Shown here: positions 29,606 to 37,924 of the stretch, in pieces | Numbering within the stretch: the stretch's first letter is position 1 | Layout: every line of letters starts with the position of its first letter | DNA from: Burkholderiales bacterium | GTDB lineage: Bacteria > Pseudomonadota > Gammaproteobacteria > Burkholderiales > Burkholderiaceae_B | Reading direction: 5' to 3' | Assembly (NCBI GenBank): GCA_021300475.1 | Contig: JAJTDO010000010.1 | Location: 6,533-70,532 of the forward strand | DNA length: 64,000 bases | Notes under the pieces: model-generated | The model's database searches: none | Told to the model about the DNA's origin: nothing | The model's input: only the letters and a program-made list of their open reading frames with translations | Made by a program: the position numbers and the translations under genes

Positions 29606-29615
29606 CAGGAAATGA

Positions 29616-30836
29616 TTATTCCCAGTTCAGTGCACCACCGGTTTGATACTCAGTTACCCGACGCTCAAAGAAATTCTGCTCTTTTTTCAGGTCAAGCATT
29701 TCACTCATCCATGGAAATGGATTTGTGGCATTCGGAAACAACGGCTCAAGACCAATTTGCACGGCACGGCGATTGGCAATGAAACGCAGGTATTCCTTGA
29801 ACATCGGCGCATTCAGGCCCAACACGCCGCGGGGCATGGTGTCTTCTGCGTAGGCGTACTCAAGCTCAATGGCCTTCATGAACAGGCCTTTGATTTCCTC
29901 ACGGAATTCAGGTGTCCACAAATGGGGGTTTTCCAATTTAATGGTGTTGATCAGATCAATACCGAAATTGCAGTGCATGGATTCGTCACGCAAAATGTAC
30001 TGGTACTGTTCAGCCGCACCCACCATTTTGTTTTGACGTCCCAAAGCCAGAATTTGTACAAAGCCCACGTAGAAAAACAGACCTTCCATCAGGCAGGCGA
30101 ACACAATCAGGGAACGCAGCAGGGTTTGGTCGGTTTCCAATGTGCCGGTCTTGAATTCAGGGTTGGTCAGCGTGTCGATGAAAGGCACCAGAAATTCGTC
30201 TTTGTCACGAATGGACTGCACTTCATGGTACGCGTTGAACACTTCGCCTTCGTCCAGACTCAGACTTTCAACAATGTACTGGTAGGCGTGTGTGTGAATG
30301 GCTTCTTCAAAGGCCTGACGCAGCAAGAACTGACGGCACTCCGGCGCTGTAATATGGCGGTAGGTACCCAGCACAATGTTGTTGGCGGCCAGTGAGTCTG
30401 CGGTTACGAAGAAACCCAGATTGCGCCTGACCAGACGGCGCTCATCTTCGGACAAACCATCGCGGCTCTTCCAGAGGGCAATGTCGCGGTCCATGTTGAT
30501 TTCTTGTGGCATCCAGTGGTTTGCGCAACCGGACAAATACTTTTCCCATGCCCATTTGTATTTGAAAGGTACCAACTGGTTTACATCGGTGGTGCCATTG
30601 ATCACGCGCTTGTCAGCGGCATTGACCCGACGGGCAACCGTGTCTTCTGAAGCGGGTGCTTGCACGGCCGCAGCCGACATTTGCGGCAAAAAGCCTGAAC
30701 CCATGCCAACATCGGTGCGTGTTGCAGGCGCCTGGGCCAAACCGGACACGTAACCGAGACCCGTGTTGGGTACGGGCATTTGAGGGGCTGCAGGACTTGC
30801 AGGTTTACTGACGACTTCATCATCCCAGGACAGCAT
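29616..30836 (-). CDS. nrdB: ribonucleoside-diphosphate reductase beta subunit (class Ia)
   Basis: Di-iron ligand motifs are present ([16 protein letters not shown] and LMEGLFFY). The start is set at ATG 30836 (MLSWDDE), preceded by AAGGAGAAAC. The longer ORF to 30971 would overlap nrdA. Confidence 0.95.
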   Translation of the reverse strand: MLSWDDEVVSKPASPAAPQMPVPNTGLGYVSGLAQAPATRTDVGMGSGFLPQMSAAAVQAPASEDTVARRVNAADKRVINGTTDVNQLVPFKYKWAWEKYLSGCANHWMPQEINMDRDIALWKSRDGLSEDERRLVRRNLGFFVTADSLAANNIVLGTYRHITAPECRQFLLRQAFEEAIHTHAYQYIVESLSLDEGEVFNAYHEVQSIRDKDEFLVPFIDTLTNPEFKTGTLETDQTLLRSLIVFACLMEGLFFYVGFVQILALGRQNKMVGAAEQYQYILRDESMHCNFGIDLINTIKLENPHLWTPEFREEIKGLFMKAIELEYAYAEDTMPRGVLGLNAPMFKEYLRFIANRRAVQIGLEPLFPNATNPFPWMSEMLDLKKEQNFFERRVTEYQTGGALNWE

Positions 30837-30936
30837 TTGTTTCTCCTTGTACTTCTTTTTCGACAGATCAGAATTTGTTTCGGTTCCCCGCCCACCACAC
30901 CCACAGTGTGATTGGCGGTTTACCTGTATTGCAGTG

Positions 30937-33855
30937 TTACTGGCAGGCTTCGCATTCATCGAAACCGGCATCGCCCGGCTTCATCATGCACACCTTGCCA
31001 ACGATTTCCTGCTCGGGCAGGTTTGCTGCCATACCGCTGGCACCCATGCCACCACCAAGACCACCATCGATTGGCACTGAATTTAGCTCACCGCCGCGCA
31101 GTGTTGATTTCTCTGCGTGGGTGGCGCCTATGGTGCGCAGGTAATACGTAGTTTTCAGGCCACGCAGCCAAGCCAGTTTGTAGGTGTCGTCCAGACGCTT
31201 GCCTGAAGCACCCGCCATGTAGATATTCAGTGATTGTGCCTGATCAATCCACTTTTGACGGCGCGCTGCCGCTTCTACCAGCCAGCTAGGGTCCACTTCA
31301 AATGCAGTGGCGTAGAGTTCACGCAATTCTTGGGGAACGCGATCAATGCGAGCCAAGGAACCGTCAAAGTACTTCAGGTCAGCGACCATTACCTCATCCC
31401 AGAGACCCAGACGCTTCAAATCGCGCACCAGGAACTCATTGACCACCGTGAACTCACCCGACAGGTTGGACTTCACATACAAGTTCTGGAAGGTCGGCTC
31501 AATGGATGCCGACACGCCGATAATATTTGAAATGGTGGCGGTTGGTGCAATGGCTACGCAATTGGAGTTACGCATACCGTGTTGCTTGATGCGGCTGCGC
31601 AATGCATCCCAATCCATGGTCATGGAAGTGTCCACTTCCACATAACCGCCACGCTCTTCTTCCAGCAATTTCAGGGAGTCCAGCGGCAAAATGCCACGGT
31701 CCCACAAAGAACCCTTGAAGCTGCTGTAGCGGCCACGTTCTTCGGCCAGCACAGTGGAAGCCCAGTAGGCGTAGTAGCAAACCGCTTCCATGGCCTTGTC
31801 GGCAAATTCAACCGCTTCTTTGGAAGCGTAGGGAATGCGCTGCAGGTGCAAGGCCTCCTGAAATGCCATGATACCCATGCCCACAGGACGGTGACGCAGG
31901 TTGGAATTACGTGCCTTGCTGACTGCGTAATAGTTGATGTCAATGACATTGTCCAACATGCGCATGGCCACCTTGACAGTGCGCTGCAGCTTTTCATGGT
32001 CCAACTCAAACCCGCCCTGCCCATCGCTCTTCATGTGAGCGGACAGGTTGATGGAACCCAGATTGCACACCGCGATTTCATTGTCGTTGGTGTTCAGTGT
32101 AATTTCCGTGCACAAATTGGACGAATGCACCACGCCCACGTGTTGCTGAGGGCTGCGGATGTTGCAAGGGTCTTTGAAAGTGATCCATGGGTGGCCGGTT
32201 TCAAACAACATCGACAACATTTTGCGCCAGAGTTGCAACGCAGGCAGTTTCTTGAACAGTTTGAGTTCGCCACGGGCGGCTTTTTCTTCGTAGCGCACGT
32301 AGGCGGCTTCGAAGTCCTTGCCGAATTTTTCATGCAGATCAGGCGTGTCGGAAGGCGAGAACAATGTCCAGTCAGCGGCTTCCATCACACGCTTCATGAA
32401 CAGGTCTGGAATCCAGTTGGCGGTGTTCATGTCGTGGGTGCGGCGGCGATCGTCGCCCGTGTTCTTGCGCAACTCCAAAAACTCTTCAATGTCCAGATGC
32501 CAGGTTTCAAGGTAGGCGCAAACCGCGCCCTTGCGCTTGCCACCCTGGTTCACTGCAACCGCAGTGTCGTTCACCACTTTCAGGAAGGGAACTACACCCT
32601 GGCTTCTGCCGTTGGTGCCTTTAATGTGGCTACCGAGTGCGCGCACCGGTGTCCAGTCGTTGCCCAGACCACCGGCGAATTTCGACAGCAAGGCGTTCTC
32701 TTTGAGAGCCTCGTAAATACCGTCGAGGTCGTCGGCCACTGTGGTGAGGTAGCAGGAAGACAACTGTGAACGCTGTGTGCCGGAATTGAACAGCGTGGGG
32801 GTTGAACTCATGAAATCGAAGCTGGACATGATTTCGTAAAATTCAATGGCTTTGGTTTCACGGTCAATTTCATTGAGCGTCAGACCCATGGCCACCCGCA
32901 TGAAGAATGCCTGCGGCATTTCGATGCGCTGGTCTTCAACATGCAGGAAATAACGGTCATACAAAGTCTGCAGACCCAGATAATCGAATTTCAGGTCGCG
33001 GTCGGCCTTCAAGGCGGCGCCCAGACGCTTCAGGTCGAACTGACCCAGACGCGCATCCAGCAAACCTGCCTCAACACCCTTGCGGATAAAGCCAGGGAAA
33101 TACTCTGCATAACCCTCAACCATTTCATTCTGGTAGACCTCGCGGCCCAGTATTTCCTTGCGGATGACATGCATCAGCAAACGGGCAGTGACGAAGGTGT
33201 AGGCTGGATCGACTTCGATCATGGCACGTGCGGACAAAATGGCGGACTTGAACACCTCTTCGACCTTCACGCCGTCATAGATGTTTTTCAGGGTTTCACC
33301 GAGTACGTGATCAACATTGACCAAACCCTCAAAACCCACTGCAGCCGATTCAATGACAATGCGAAGCGCAGCCACGTCGAGTGGGCGGGAAACGCCACCA
33401 TCCACTACATTGATGACCACCACTGGGCCGGTCTCCTTGACCTTCTGGGCACGCTCTTGCGACCGCTTTTCACGGTAGAGCACATAGGCGCGGGCAACAT
33501 CGTGCTCACCAGAGCGCATCAGGGCCAGTTCAACCTGGTCTTGAATATCCTCAATGTGCAGTGTGCCGCCGGAAGGTTGGCGACGGATCAAGGCGTTGAC
33601 CACTGCACCGGTGAGGTCTTCAACCAGTTGGCGTACGCGTGCAGAACCTGCGCCCTGCCCACCCGTGATGGCTAAAAATGCCTTTGTAACAGCAATGCTG
33701 ATTTTGCTCGGTTCGAAAGACACCACAGAGCCGTTGCGGCGGATGACTTTGAACTGTGTGAGCGCGGAATTAATGGACTGAACCACTCCGCCACTCGTTA
33801 CACCTGCCGTTGAAACAGAGGAATTTTGGGCAAGAGCTTCTGAGCCTTGTAGCAT
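30937..33855 (-). CDS. nrdA: ribonucleoside-diphosphate reductase alpha subunit (class Ia)
   Basis: The 972-aa product has an N-terminal ATP-cone ([16 protein letters not shown]), the active-site segment SSNLCTEI and a C-terminal redox Cys pair (DECEACQ). Confidence 0.97.
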   Translation of the reverse strand: MLQGSEALAQNSSVSTAGVTSGGVVQSINSALTQFKVIRRNGSVVSFEPSKISIAVTKAFLAITGGQGAGSARVRQLVEDLTGAVVNALIRRQPSGGTLHIEDIQDQVELALMRSGEHDVARAYVLYREKRSQERAQKVKETGPVVVINVVDGGVSRPLDVAALRIVIESAAVGFEGLVNVDHVLGETLKNIYDGVKVEEVFKSAILSARAMIEVDPAYTFVTARLLMHVIRKEILGREVYQNEMVEGYAEYFPGFIRKGVEAGLLDARLGQFDLKRLGAALKADRDLKFDYLGLQTLYDRYFLHVEDQRIEMPQAFFMRVAMGLTLNEIDRETKAIEFYEIMSSFDFMSSTPTLFNSGTQRSQLSSCYLTTVADDLDGIYEALKENALLSKFAGGLGNDWTPVRALGSHIKGTNGRSQGVVPFLKVVNDTAVAVNQGGKRKGAVCAYLETWHLDIEEFLELRKNTGDDRRRTHDMNTANWIPDLFMKRVMEAADWTLFSPSDTPDLHEKFGKDFEAAYVRYEEKAARGELKLFKKLPALQLWRKMLSMLFETGHPWITFKDPCNIRSPQQHVGVVHSSNLCTEITLNTNDNEIAVCNLGSINLSAHMKSDGQGGFELDHEKLQRTVKVAMRMLDNVIDINYYAVSKARNSNLRHRPVGMGIMAFQEALHLQRIPYASKEAVEFADKAMEAVCYYAYWASTVLAEERGRYSSFKGSLWDRGILPLDSLKLLEEERGGYVEVDTSMTMDWDALRSRIKQHGMRNSNCVAIAPTATISNIIGVSASIEPTFQNLYVKSNLSGEFTVVNEFLVRDLKRLGLWDEVMVADLKYFDGSLARIDRVPQELRELYATAFEVDPSWLVEAAARRQKWIDQAQSLNIYMAGASGKRLDDTYKLAWLRGLKTTYYLRTIGATHAEKSTLRGGELNSVPIDGGLGGGMGASGMAANLPEQEIVGKVCMMKPGDAGFDECEACQ

Positions 33856-33895
33856 CTAAGGGTCTCCGGATAAAGGACTTTTTTGAGGTTTACGG

Positions 33896-33943
33896 TATTT
33901 TTTATATTGGTGGCGGGCTGCTGCCGACCACTATATGTTGTGC
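33896..33943 (-). promoter_or_regulatory. candidate NrdR operator(s) in the nrdA promoter region
   Basis: ccactatatgttgtgc (33928-33943) matches 13 of 16 positions of the NrdR-box palindrome acacwatatatwgtgt as I recall it. A weaker A/T-centred half-match (ttttatattggtgg, 33899-33913) lies about 31 bp (three helical turns) away, the usual tandem spacing. Confidence 0.45.
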
Positions 33944-34007
33944 TTAACCGTTGCTTGAGAACTAATTGTAGTGGTGTTGCAATGATTTTGCAACGTGACA
34001 CCTTCTG

Positions 34008-34616
34008 TTATTTTTGAACGTCCCGGTCATTTTCTGCCGCAATTTTGGGCAATCGGGACCAATCAAAAAACGGGCCCGGGTCGCTCTTGCGCTCTGGTGC
34101 TATATCGCTGTGTCCAACCCAGTGGAGAACCGCCCACTGAGCGGAGATTGCATCACAAAGCGCAGCCAGACTGCGATACTGGGCAGGCTCGAAGGGCTCG
34201 AACCCTGAACCTTCAAGTTCAATGCCTATCGAAAAATCATTGCATTTTTCTCGTCCGCGCCATTTCGACACGCCCGCATGCCATGCCCGATGCAAACAAG
34301 ACACCAACTGAACCACCTCACCCGTGCGGGTGATGAAAAAATGAGCGGACACCCGCAAACCACGCAGCACTTCAAATTCGGGGTGTTGGCCCGGATTCAG
34401 GCGATTACAGAACAAATCGAGCGGTGCATGGGTACCGAACTGGCGCTCAGGCAAACTGATGTAGTGCATCACCACCATGTCGATGGCAACAGCGGCAGGG
34501 CGTTCGTCAAAATTGGGAGAGACCACAGGACGGGCATGACGCCACCAACCAGCCTCCCACTGCGCCTCCGGGGGCGAGCCCCCAAGGCTTGAAGACTCAA
34601 ACACCAAGCCGCTCAC
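34008..34616 (-). CDS. ampD: 1,6-anhydro-N-acetylmuramyl-L-alanine amidase
   Basis: The 202-aa product has SPNFDERP, HYISLP, SAHFFITRTGEVVQ, AWHAG and GHSDIAPERKSDPGP (amidase_2 motifs). Confidence 0.9.
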   Translation of the reverse strand: MSGLVFESSSLGGSPPEAQWEAGWWRHARPVVSPNFDERPAAVAIDMVVMHYISLPERQFGTHAPLDLFCNRLNPGQHPEFEVLRGLRVSAHFFITRTGEVVQLVSCLHRAWHAGVSKWRGREKCNDFSIGIELEGSGFEPFEPAQYRSLAALCDAISAQWAVLHWVGHSDIAPERKSDPGPFFDWSRLPKIAAENDRDVQK

Positions 34617-34845
34617 CGCTGGCTTGGGCGTGCTCTTTGCTGCAATAGAACCGCCCTTCCACCATCACACCTTCAGTCAGGGGGGCAAAAGCCCCACAAT
34701 GCTTGCAAGTCAGTATGGTGGCTTCTTCATTGCGGCCCGGCAGCGGAGGGGTGTCCTTCTTTTTGCTCAATGGCTTGCCGGACCAGCTTTTATAAGCAAC
34801 CCATGCGACAGCACCCAACACCAGAAAAAACAAAATACGAACCAT
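34597..34845 (-). CDS. PP0621-family small membrane/zinc-binding protein
   Basis: The 82-aa product has an N-terminal TM helix and a C-terminal CKHCG..(n)..YCSKEH motif. Confidence 0.6.
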   Translation of the reverse strand: MVRILFFLVLGAVAWVAYKSWSGKPLSKKKDTPPLPGRNEEATILTCKHCGAFAPLTEGVMVEGRFYCSKEHAQASGERLGV

Positions 34846-34872
34846 ACTTGACCTCAGATAACGGCAGCGCCG

Positions 34873-35739
34873 TTAAAGCGCCTTGTGCAATACGACTTCC
34901 AGCACAAAGCGAGAACCGACATACGCCAACAACAATGTAGCAACGCCCGCCATTGTCCAACGCAGCGCGGTTTTACCCCGCCAGCCACGCAAATGCCGAC
35001 CCAGAAGCAGCGCCCCGAAAATAGCCCAGGAAACAACGGTGAACACCGTCTTGTGATTAAACTGCATGGCCTTGTTCATCCACTGTTCGGTGAACAACAC
35101 GCCACTGAGAATGGTCAGCGTCAGCAGGAAAAAACCAACGGCAATCAACTTGAAGAGCAGGCGCTCCATGGCCAGCAACGGAGGCAACCGGTCAAGGAGG
35201 TTGGGCATGACATCGGTGGAATGGTCTTGCGCCCCGGCCGCCCCGCCCCCAAAAGCCCGCGCAGGCCGGTGCAAGCGCCTTTCCTGCAGGGACATAAGTA
35301 CCGCGTGTGCCGCTGCAAGCGAAACCACACCAGAGGCCGCCAAGGCAATGCTGAGGTGTGCCTTGAAATACCAGTTGTCTACATAATTACCGGTCAAGGA
35401 ACCTTCAAAAAACACGGGCAACAACAAACCCACCGCTGCAGCCGGATAGGCCACCACCTCAAGCACGGACCAATGCCCGGTCACACCCTCTAGCCACAAC
35501 ACTACGCAGGCAAGCCAGAAAGTGATGCTCAGGGCGGGCGCAAAACCGAAACGCATGCCTTCAACCGTAAACACCTGCTGATGCCACAACACACCGTGAG
35601 CCAACAAAACAATGAACAGCAGCACCGCCCTGCCCCACCGGGGGGAAGGCGACAACGCGTGTGATGCATTGCGCAGCGCAGAAAACGCAGCCCAAGCATC
35701 AATTGCGATCACCAAAGCGTACAATATCCAAGAATTCAT
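34873..35739 (-). CDS. ypjD: cytochrome c assembly-family inner membrane protein (YpjD/CcsA-like)
   Basis: It is polytopic with about 8 TM helices and divergent from ffh, as in E. coli ypjD-ffh. ATG 35739 is preferred over GTG 35745. Confidence 0.78.
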   Translation of the reverse strand: MNSWILYALVIAIDAWAAFSALRNASHALSPSPRWGRAVLLFIVLLAHGVLWHQQVFTVEGMRFGFAPALSITFWLACVVLWLEGVTGHWSVLEVVAYPAAAVGLLLPVFFEGSLTGNYVDNWYFKAHLSIALAASGVVSLAAAHAVLMSLQERRLHRPARAFGGGAAGAQDHSTDVMPNLLDRLPPLLAMERLLFKLIAVGFFLLTLTILSGVLFTEQWMNKAMQFNHKTVFTVVSWAIFGALLLGRHLRGWRGKTALRWTMAGVATLLLAYVGSRFVLEVVLHKAL

Positions 35740-35784
35740 ACACACAGTTTAACCGATACGCGCCCAAGCGAAAGCCACCCACCC

Positions 35785-37105
35785 ATGTTTGAAAACCTAT
35801 CCGATCGTTTGACGCGGGTCGTCAAAACCATGAAAGGCGAAGCCCGCCTCACAGAATCCAACACCCAGGACATGTTGCGAGAAGTTCGCCTTGCATTGCT
35901 CGAAGCCGATGTGGCCTTGCCGGTGGTGCGGGAATTCGTCAATAGCGTCAAGGAACGCGCCATGGGAGAGGATGTCATCAACAGCCTGACCCCGGGGCAG
36001 GCCTTGGTGGGCATTGTGCACAAGGAACTGAGCAAGTTGATGGGCGATGCAGCCGTCGACCTCAATCTGGCGACCCAGCCGCCGGCGGTCATCCTGATGG
36101 CGGGTTTGCAGGGCTCCGGTAAAACAACCACCACCGGCAAGCTGGCAAAATACCTGAAGGAACAAAAAAAGAAGAAGGTTCTGACTGACGGGTCAGGCGG
36201 GGGCTGAATGGTTCCCTTCAACACCCGAGCAAAAACCGGAAGACATTGCGCGCGCCGCCATTGACCACGCTCGCCGTCACCTGTTTGACGTGCTGATTGT
36301 GGACACGGCCGGCCGCATGGGTATTGATGAAGCCATGATGCGTGAAATCACCGCGCTGCACGGATTGCTCAACCCCATCGAAACCTTGTTTGTGGTGGAC
36401 GCCATGTTGGGTCAAGATGCGGTGAACACAGCAAAAGCCTTCAACGAGGCTTTGCCACTGACTGGCGTGGTATTAACCAAGCTGGACGGCGATTCGCGCG
36501 GTGGCGCAGCACTTTCGGTGCGCAACATCACGGGCAAACCCATCAAATTTTTGGGCGTTGGTGAAAAACTCACCGGCTTGGAAGTATTTCACCCTGAGCG
36601 GCTGGCGGGTCGAATCTTGGGCATGGGCGACATTGTTTCCCTGGTCGAAGAAGCGCAACGCGGCATGGACGAGCAGGCCGCGATGAAACTGGCGGGCAAA
36701 CTCAAGAGCGGCAAAGATTTCGACCTTGAGGATTTCCGCGATCAAATATTGCAGATGAAACGCATGGGTGGCATTCAAAGCCTGATGGACAAACTGCCCG
36801 CTCAACTGTCGAAGGCCGCAGGTGAAGTGAACCCGGATCAGGTGGACAAGCAAGTTCGCCAGCTAGAGGGCATCATTTGTTCGATGACACCTACTGAACG
36901 TCGCAAGCCTGATCTAATCAAGGCTTCGCGCAAACGCAGAATCGCGACGGGTGCGGGGGTTCAGGTTCAGGAGGTCAATAAACTGCTGAACCAATATGAG
37001 CAGATGCGGGGCATGATGCGGCAGATGCAAAAAGGCGGGATGGCGAAAATGATGAAGCGCATGGGTGGCATGATGGGTAAAAAGGGCGGAATGTCACCGT
37101 TCTGA
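35785..37105 (+). pseudogene. ffh: signal recognition particle protein Ffh, split by an internal deletion/frameshift at about 36184-36207
   Basis: ORF 35785..36207 carries the N domain and G1 (AGLQGSGKTTTTGKLAKYLKEQKKKKVLT) and then runs into a stop. A second frame, open from 36185, continues LTGQAGAEWFPSTPEQKPEDIARAAIDHARRHLFDVLIVDTAGR..LTKLDGDSRGGAALS.. through the Met-rich M domain to 37105. About 17 codons expected between VLT and AEWFPS are absent in all frames, including the G2 DxYRPAA motif. Confidence 0.9.
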
Positions 37106-37145
37106 GGACGGTTGGGCATTTAGGTTAGGGCTTTGGGGTGTGGTG

Positions 37146-37170
37146 TGGTTTGGTTTGGTTTGGTTTGGGG
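37146..37170 (+). repeat. G/T-rich pentanucleotide repeat (tggtt x4) ending in a G6 run
   Basis: The repeat is read directly as gtggtttggtttggtttggtttgggggg. Confidence 0.9.
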
Positions 37171-37208
37171 GGAGCGTGAGGTTTATACCTGCCCAGGACG
37201 GATAACTC

Positions 37209-37347
37209 GCTGTTTCCTCACTCTGCTCTGGCAAGCTCGACGGAAAACCCAATGGGGTATTTCCGTCGCCGCACAAGGCGGCGTCGCTTGCTGCGAGGTC
37301 GTTCGGGCGAGTTTGCTGCGAGGTCGTTCGGGCGAGTTCCCTGAATG
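37209..37347 (+). repeat. inverted-repeat core, copy A (114-bp unit plus internal 25-bp duplication)
   Basis: A base-by-base comparison shows copy A equals the reverse complement of 37726-37839, apart from the 25-bp tandem duplication. It contains a strong hairpin, gacggaaaaccc-aatg-gggtatttccgtc. Confidence 0.95.
37288..37337 (+). repeat. 25-bp perfect tandem duplication inside copy A
   Basis: ttgctgcgaggtcgttcgggcgagt occurs twice (37288-37312 and 37313-37337) but only once in copy B. Confidence 0.95.
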
Positions 37348-37565
37348 TCCCTAGGAGGTATAAACCTCACGCTCCAGAAAAACAAACCAGGCACTCGCTC
37401 CACCCGCACAACGGGAAAATCCAATAAAAAACCACCAACCGCATGGGTTCGACTACGCGCGAAAAATAGTGCGAATAAAAACGATGGCTCCGCGTAGCAC
37501 GCGCTCGAGATGGTTTTAAAAATTAAACGGGACTTAAAAAGAAAAATTTAAACCGCTTACACGGA

Positions 37566-37630
37566 TTCGGGTAGTTCGGGTAGTTCGGGTAGTTCGGGTA
37601 GTTCGGGTAGTTCGGGTAGTTCGGGTAGTT
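37566..37630 (+). repeat. 9-bp tandem repeat, 7 perfect units (ttcgggtag)
   Basis: The array is read directly. Units start at 37566, 37575, 37584, 37593, 37602, 37611 and 37620. Confidence 0.95.
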
Positions 37631-37640
37631 AAGAACCTTA

Positions 37641-37664
37641 AAGCAGTGGGATGCTTGTTTTTTT
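37641..37664 (+). terminator. weak terminator-like hairpin plus T7 tract
   Basis: The sequence is aagca-gtggga-tgctt-g-ttttttt. The stem is only 5 bp, so this is tentative. It would end a plus-strand transcript covering the 9-bp repeat array. Confidence 0.25.
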
Positions 37665-37725
37665 AGTTTTAGTACAAGTGGGTTTTAAGTGGCGCCTGGC
37701 TTCGATGCGCGTGGTTTGCCAGCGG

Positions 37726-37839
37726 CATTCAGGGAACTCGCCCGAACGACCTCGCAGCAAGCGACGCCGCCTTGTGCGGCGACGGAAATACCCCATTGGG
37801 TTTTCCGTCGAGCTTGCCAGAGCAGAGTGAGGAAACAGC
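37726..37839 (-). repeat. inverted-repeat core, copy B (114 bp)
   Basis: It is the exact reverse complement of copy A minus the 25-bp duplication. It is separated from copy A by 378 bp. Confidence 0.95.
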
Positions 37840-37846
37840 TCGAAGC

Positions 37847-37868
37847 CCGGTGCAAACCCGGTGCAAAC
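37847..37868 (+). repeat. 11-bp tandem duplication (ccggtgcaaac x2)
   Basis: The duplication is read directly. It is followed by an A/C-rich tract that roughly mirrors the G/T-rich tract at 37130-37170. Confidence 0.85.
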
Positions 37869-37924
37869 CAAAACACACAACCAACCCAGCAGAAACCCAA
37901 TACCCGGTACTTAAAAAATAATAA

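Larger units (their letters stand above)
37171..37375. repeat. 205-bp MITE-like unit bounded by perfect 20-bp terminal inverted repeats
   Basis: ggagcgtgaggtttatacct (37171-37190) is the exact reverse complement of aggtataaacctcacgctcc (37356-37375). Inverted-repeat core copy A lies inside the unit. Confidence 0.85.

Noticed and set aside
30837-30971. A longer nrdB start (ORF to 30971) would overlap the nrdA 3' end.
   Set aside because: The extension ([27 protein letters not shown]..) is not NrdB-like. A strong AAGGAGA ribosome-binding site precedes ATG 30836.
31579-32769. A 396-aa plus-strand ORF lies inside the nrdA region.
   Set aside because: It is antisense to an unambiguous nrdA (active-site and ATP-cone motifs). 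Its product is a low-complexity, His/Val/Gly-rich translation with no motif. It is a typical shadow ORF of a long, fairly GC-rich gene.
35736-36224. A 162-aa minus-strand ORF lies across the ypjD-ffh divergent region.
   Set aside because: It is antisense to the well-supported ffh N domain, and its product shows no motif.
36170-36300. I considered whether the ffh split is a programmed frameshift or a naturally two-part Ffh.
   Set aside because: The G2 segment is absent from all three frames. Frameshifting or subunit splitting therefore could not restore a complete GTPase domain.
37441-37470. gggttcgact resembles a tRNA T-loop.
   Set aside because: The flanking bases cannot form a T-stem. I could build no acceptor, D or anticodon arms.
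37566-37630. I asked whether the 9-bp tandem array could be a CRISPR array.
   Set aside because: The units are contiguous with no spacers, and 9 bp is far too short. No cas genes are in the window.
37209-37839. I considered an invertible promoter switch (inverton) driven by the 114-bp inverted repeats.
   Set aside because: No invertase or recombinase gene lies nearby, and I could show no convincing promoter in the spacer. I kept it only as a testable possibility under the inverted-repeat finding.
37133-37900. Two small ORFs (37133..37354 plus strand, 37685..37900 minus strand) share a 34-aa identical peptide (CFLTLLWQARRKTQWGISVAAQGGVACCEVVRAS).
   Set aside because: The shared peptide is an automatic consequence of the 114-bp inverted DNA repeat. 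The sequences are Cys/Trp-rich nonsense without ribosome-binding sites. I treat them as non-coding repeats.
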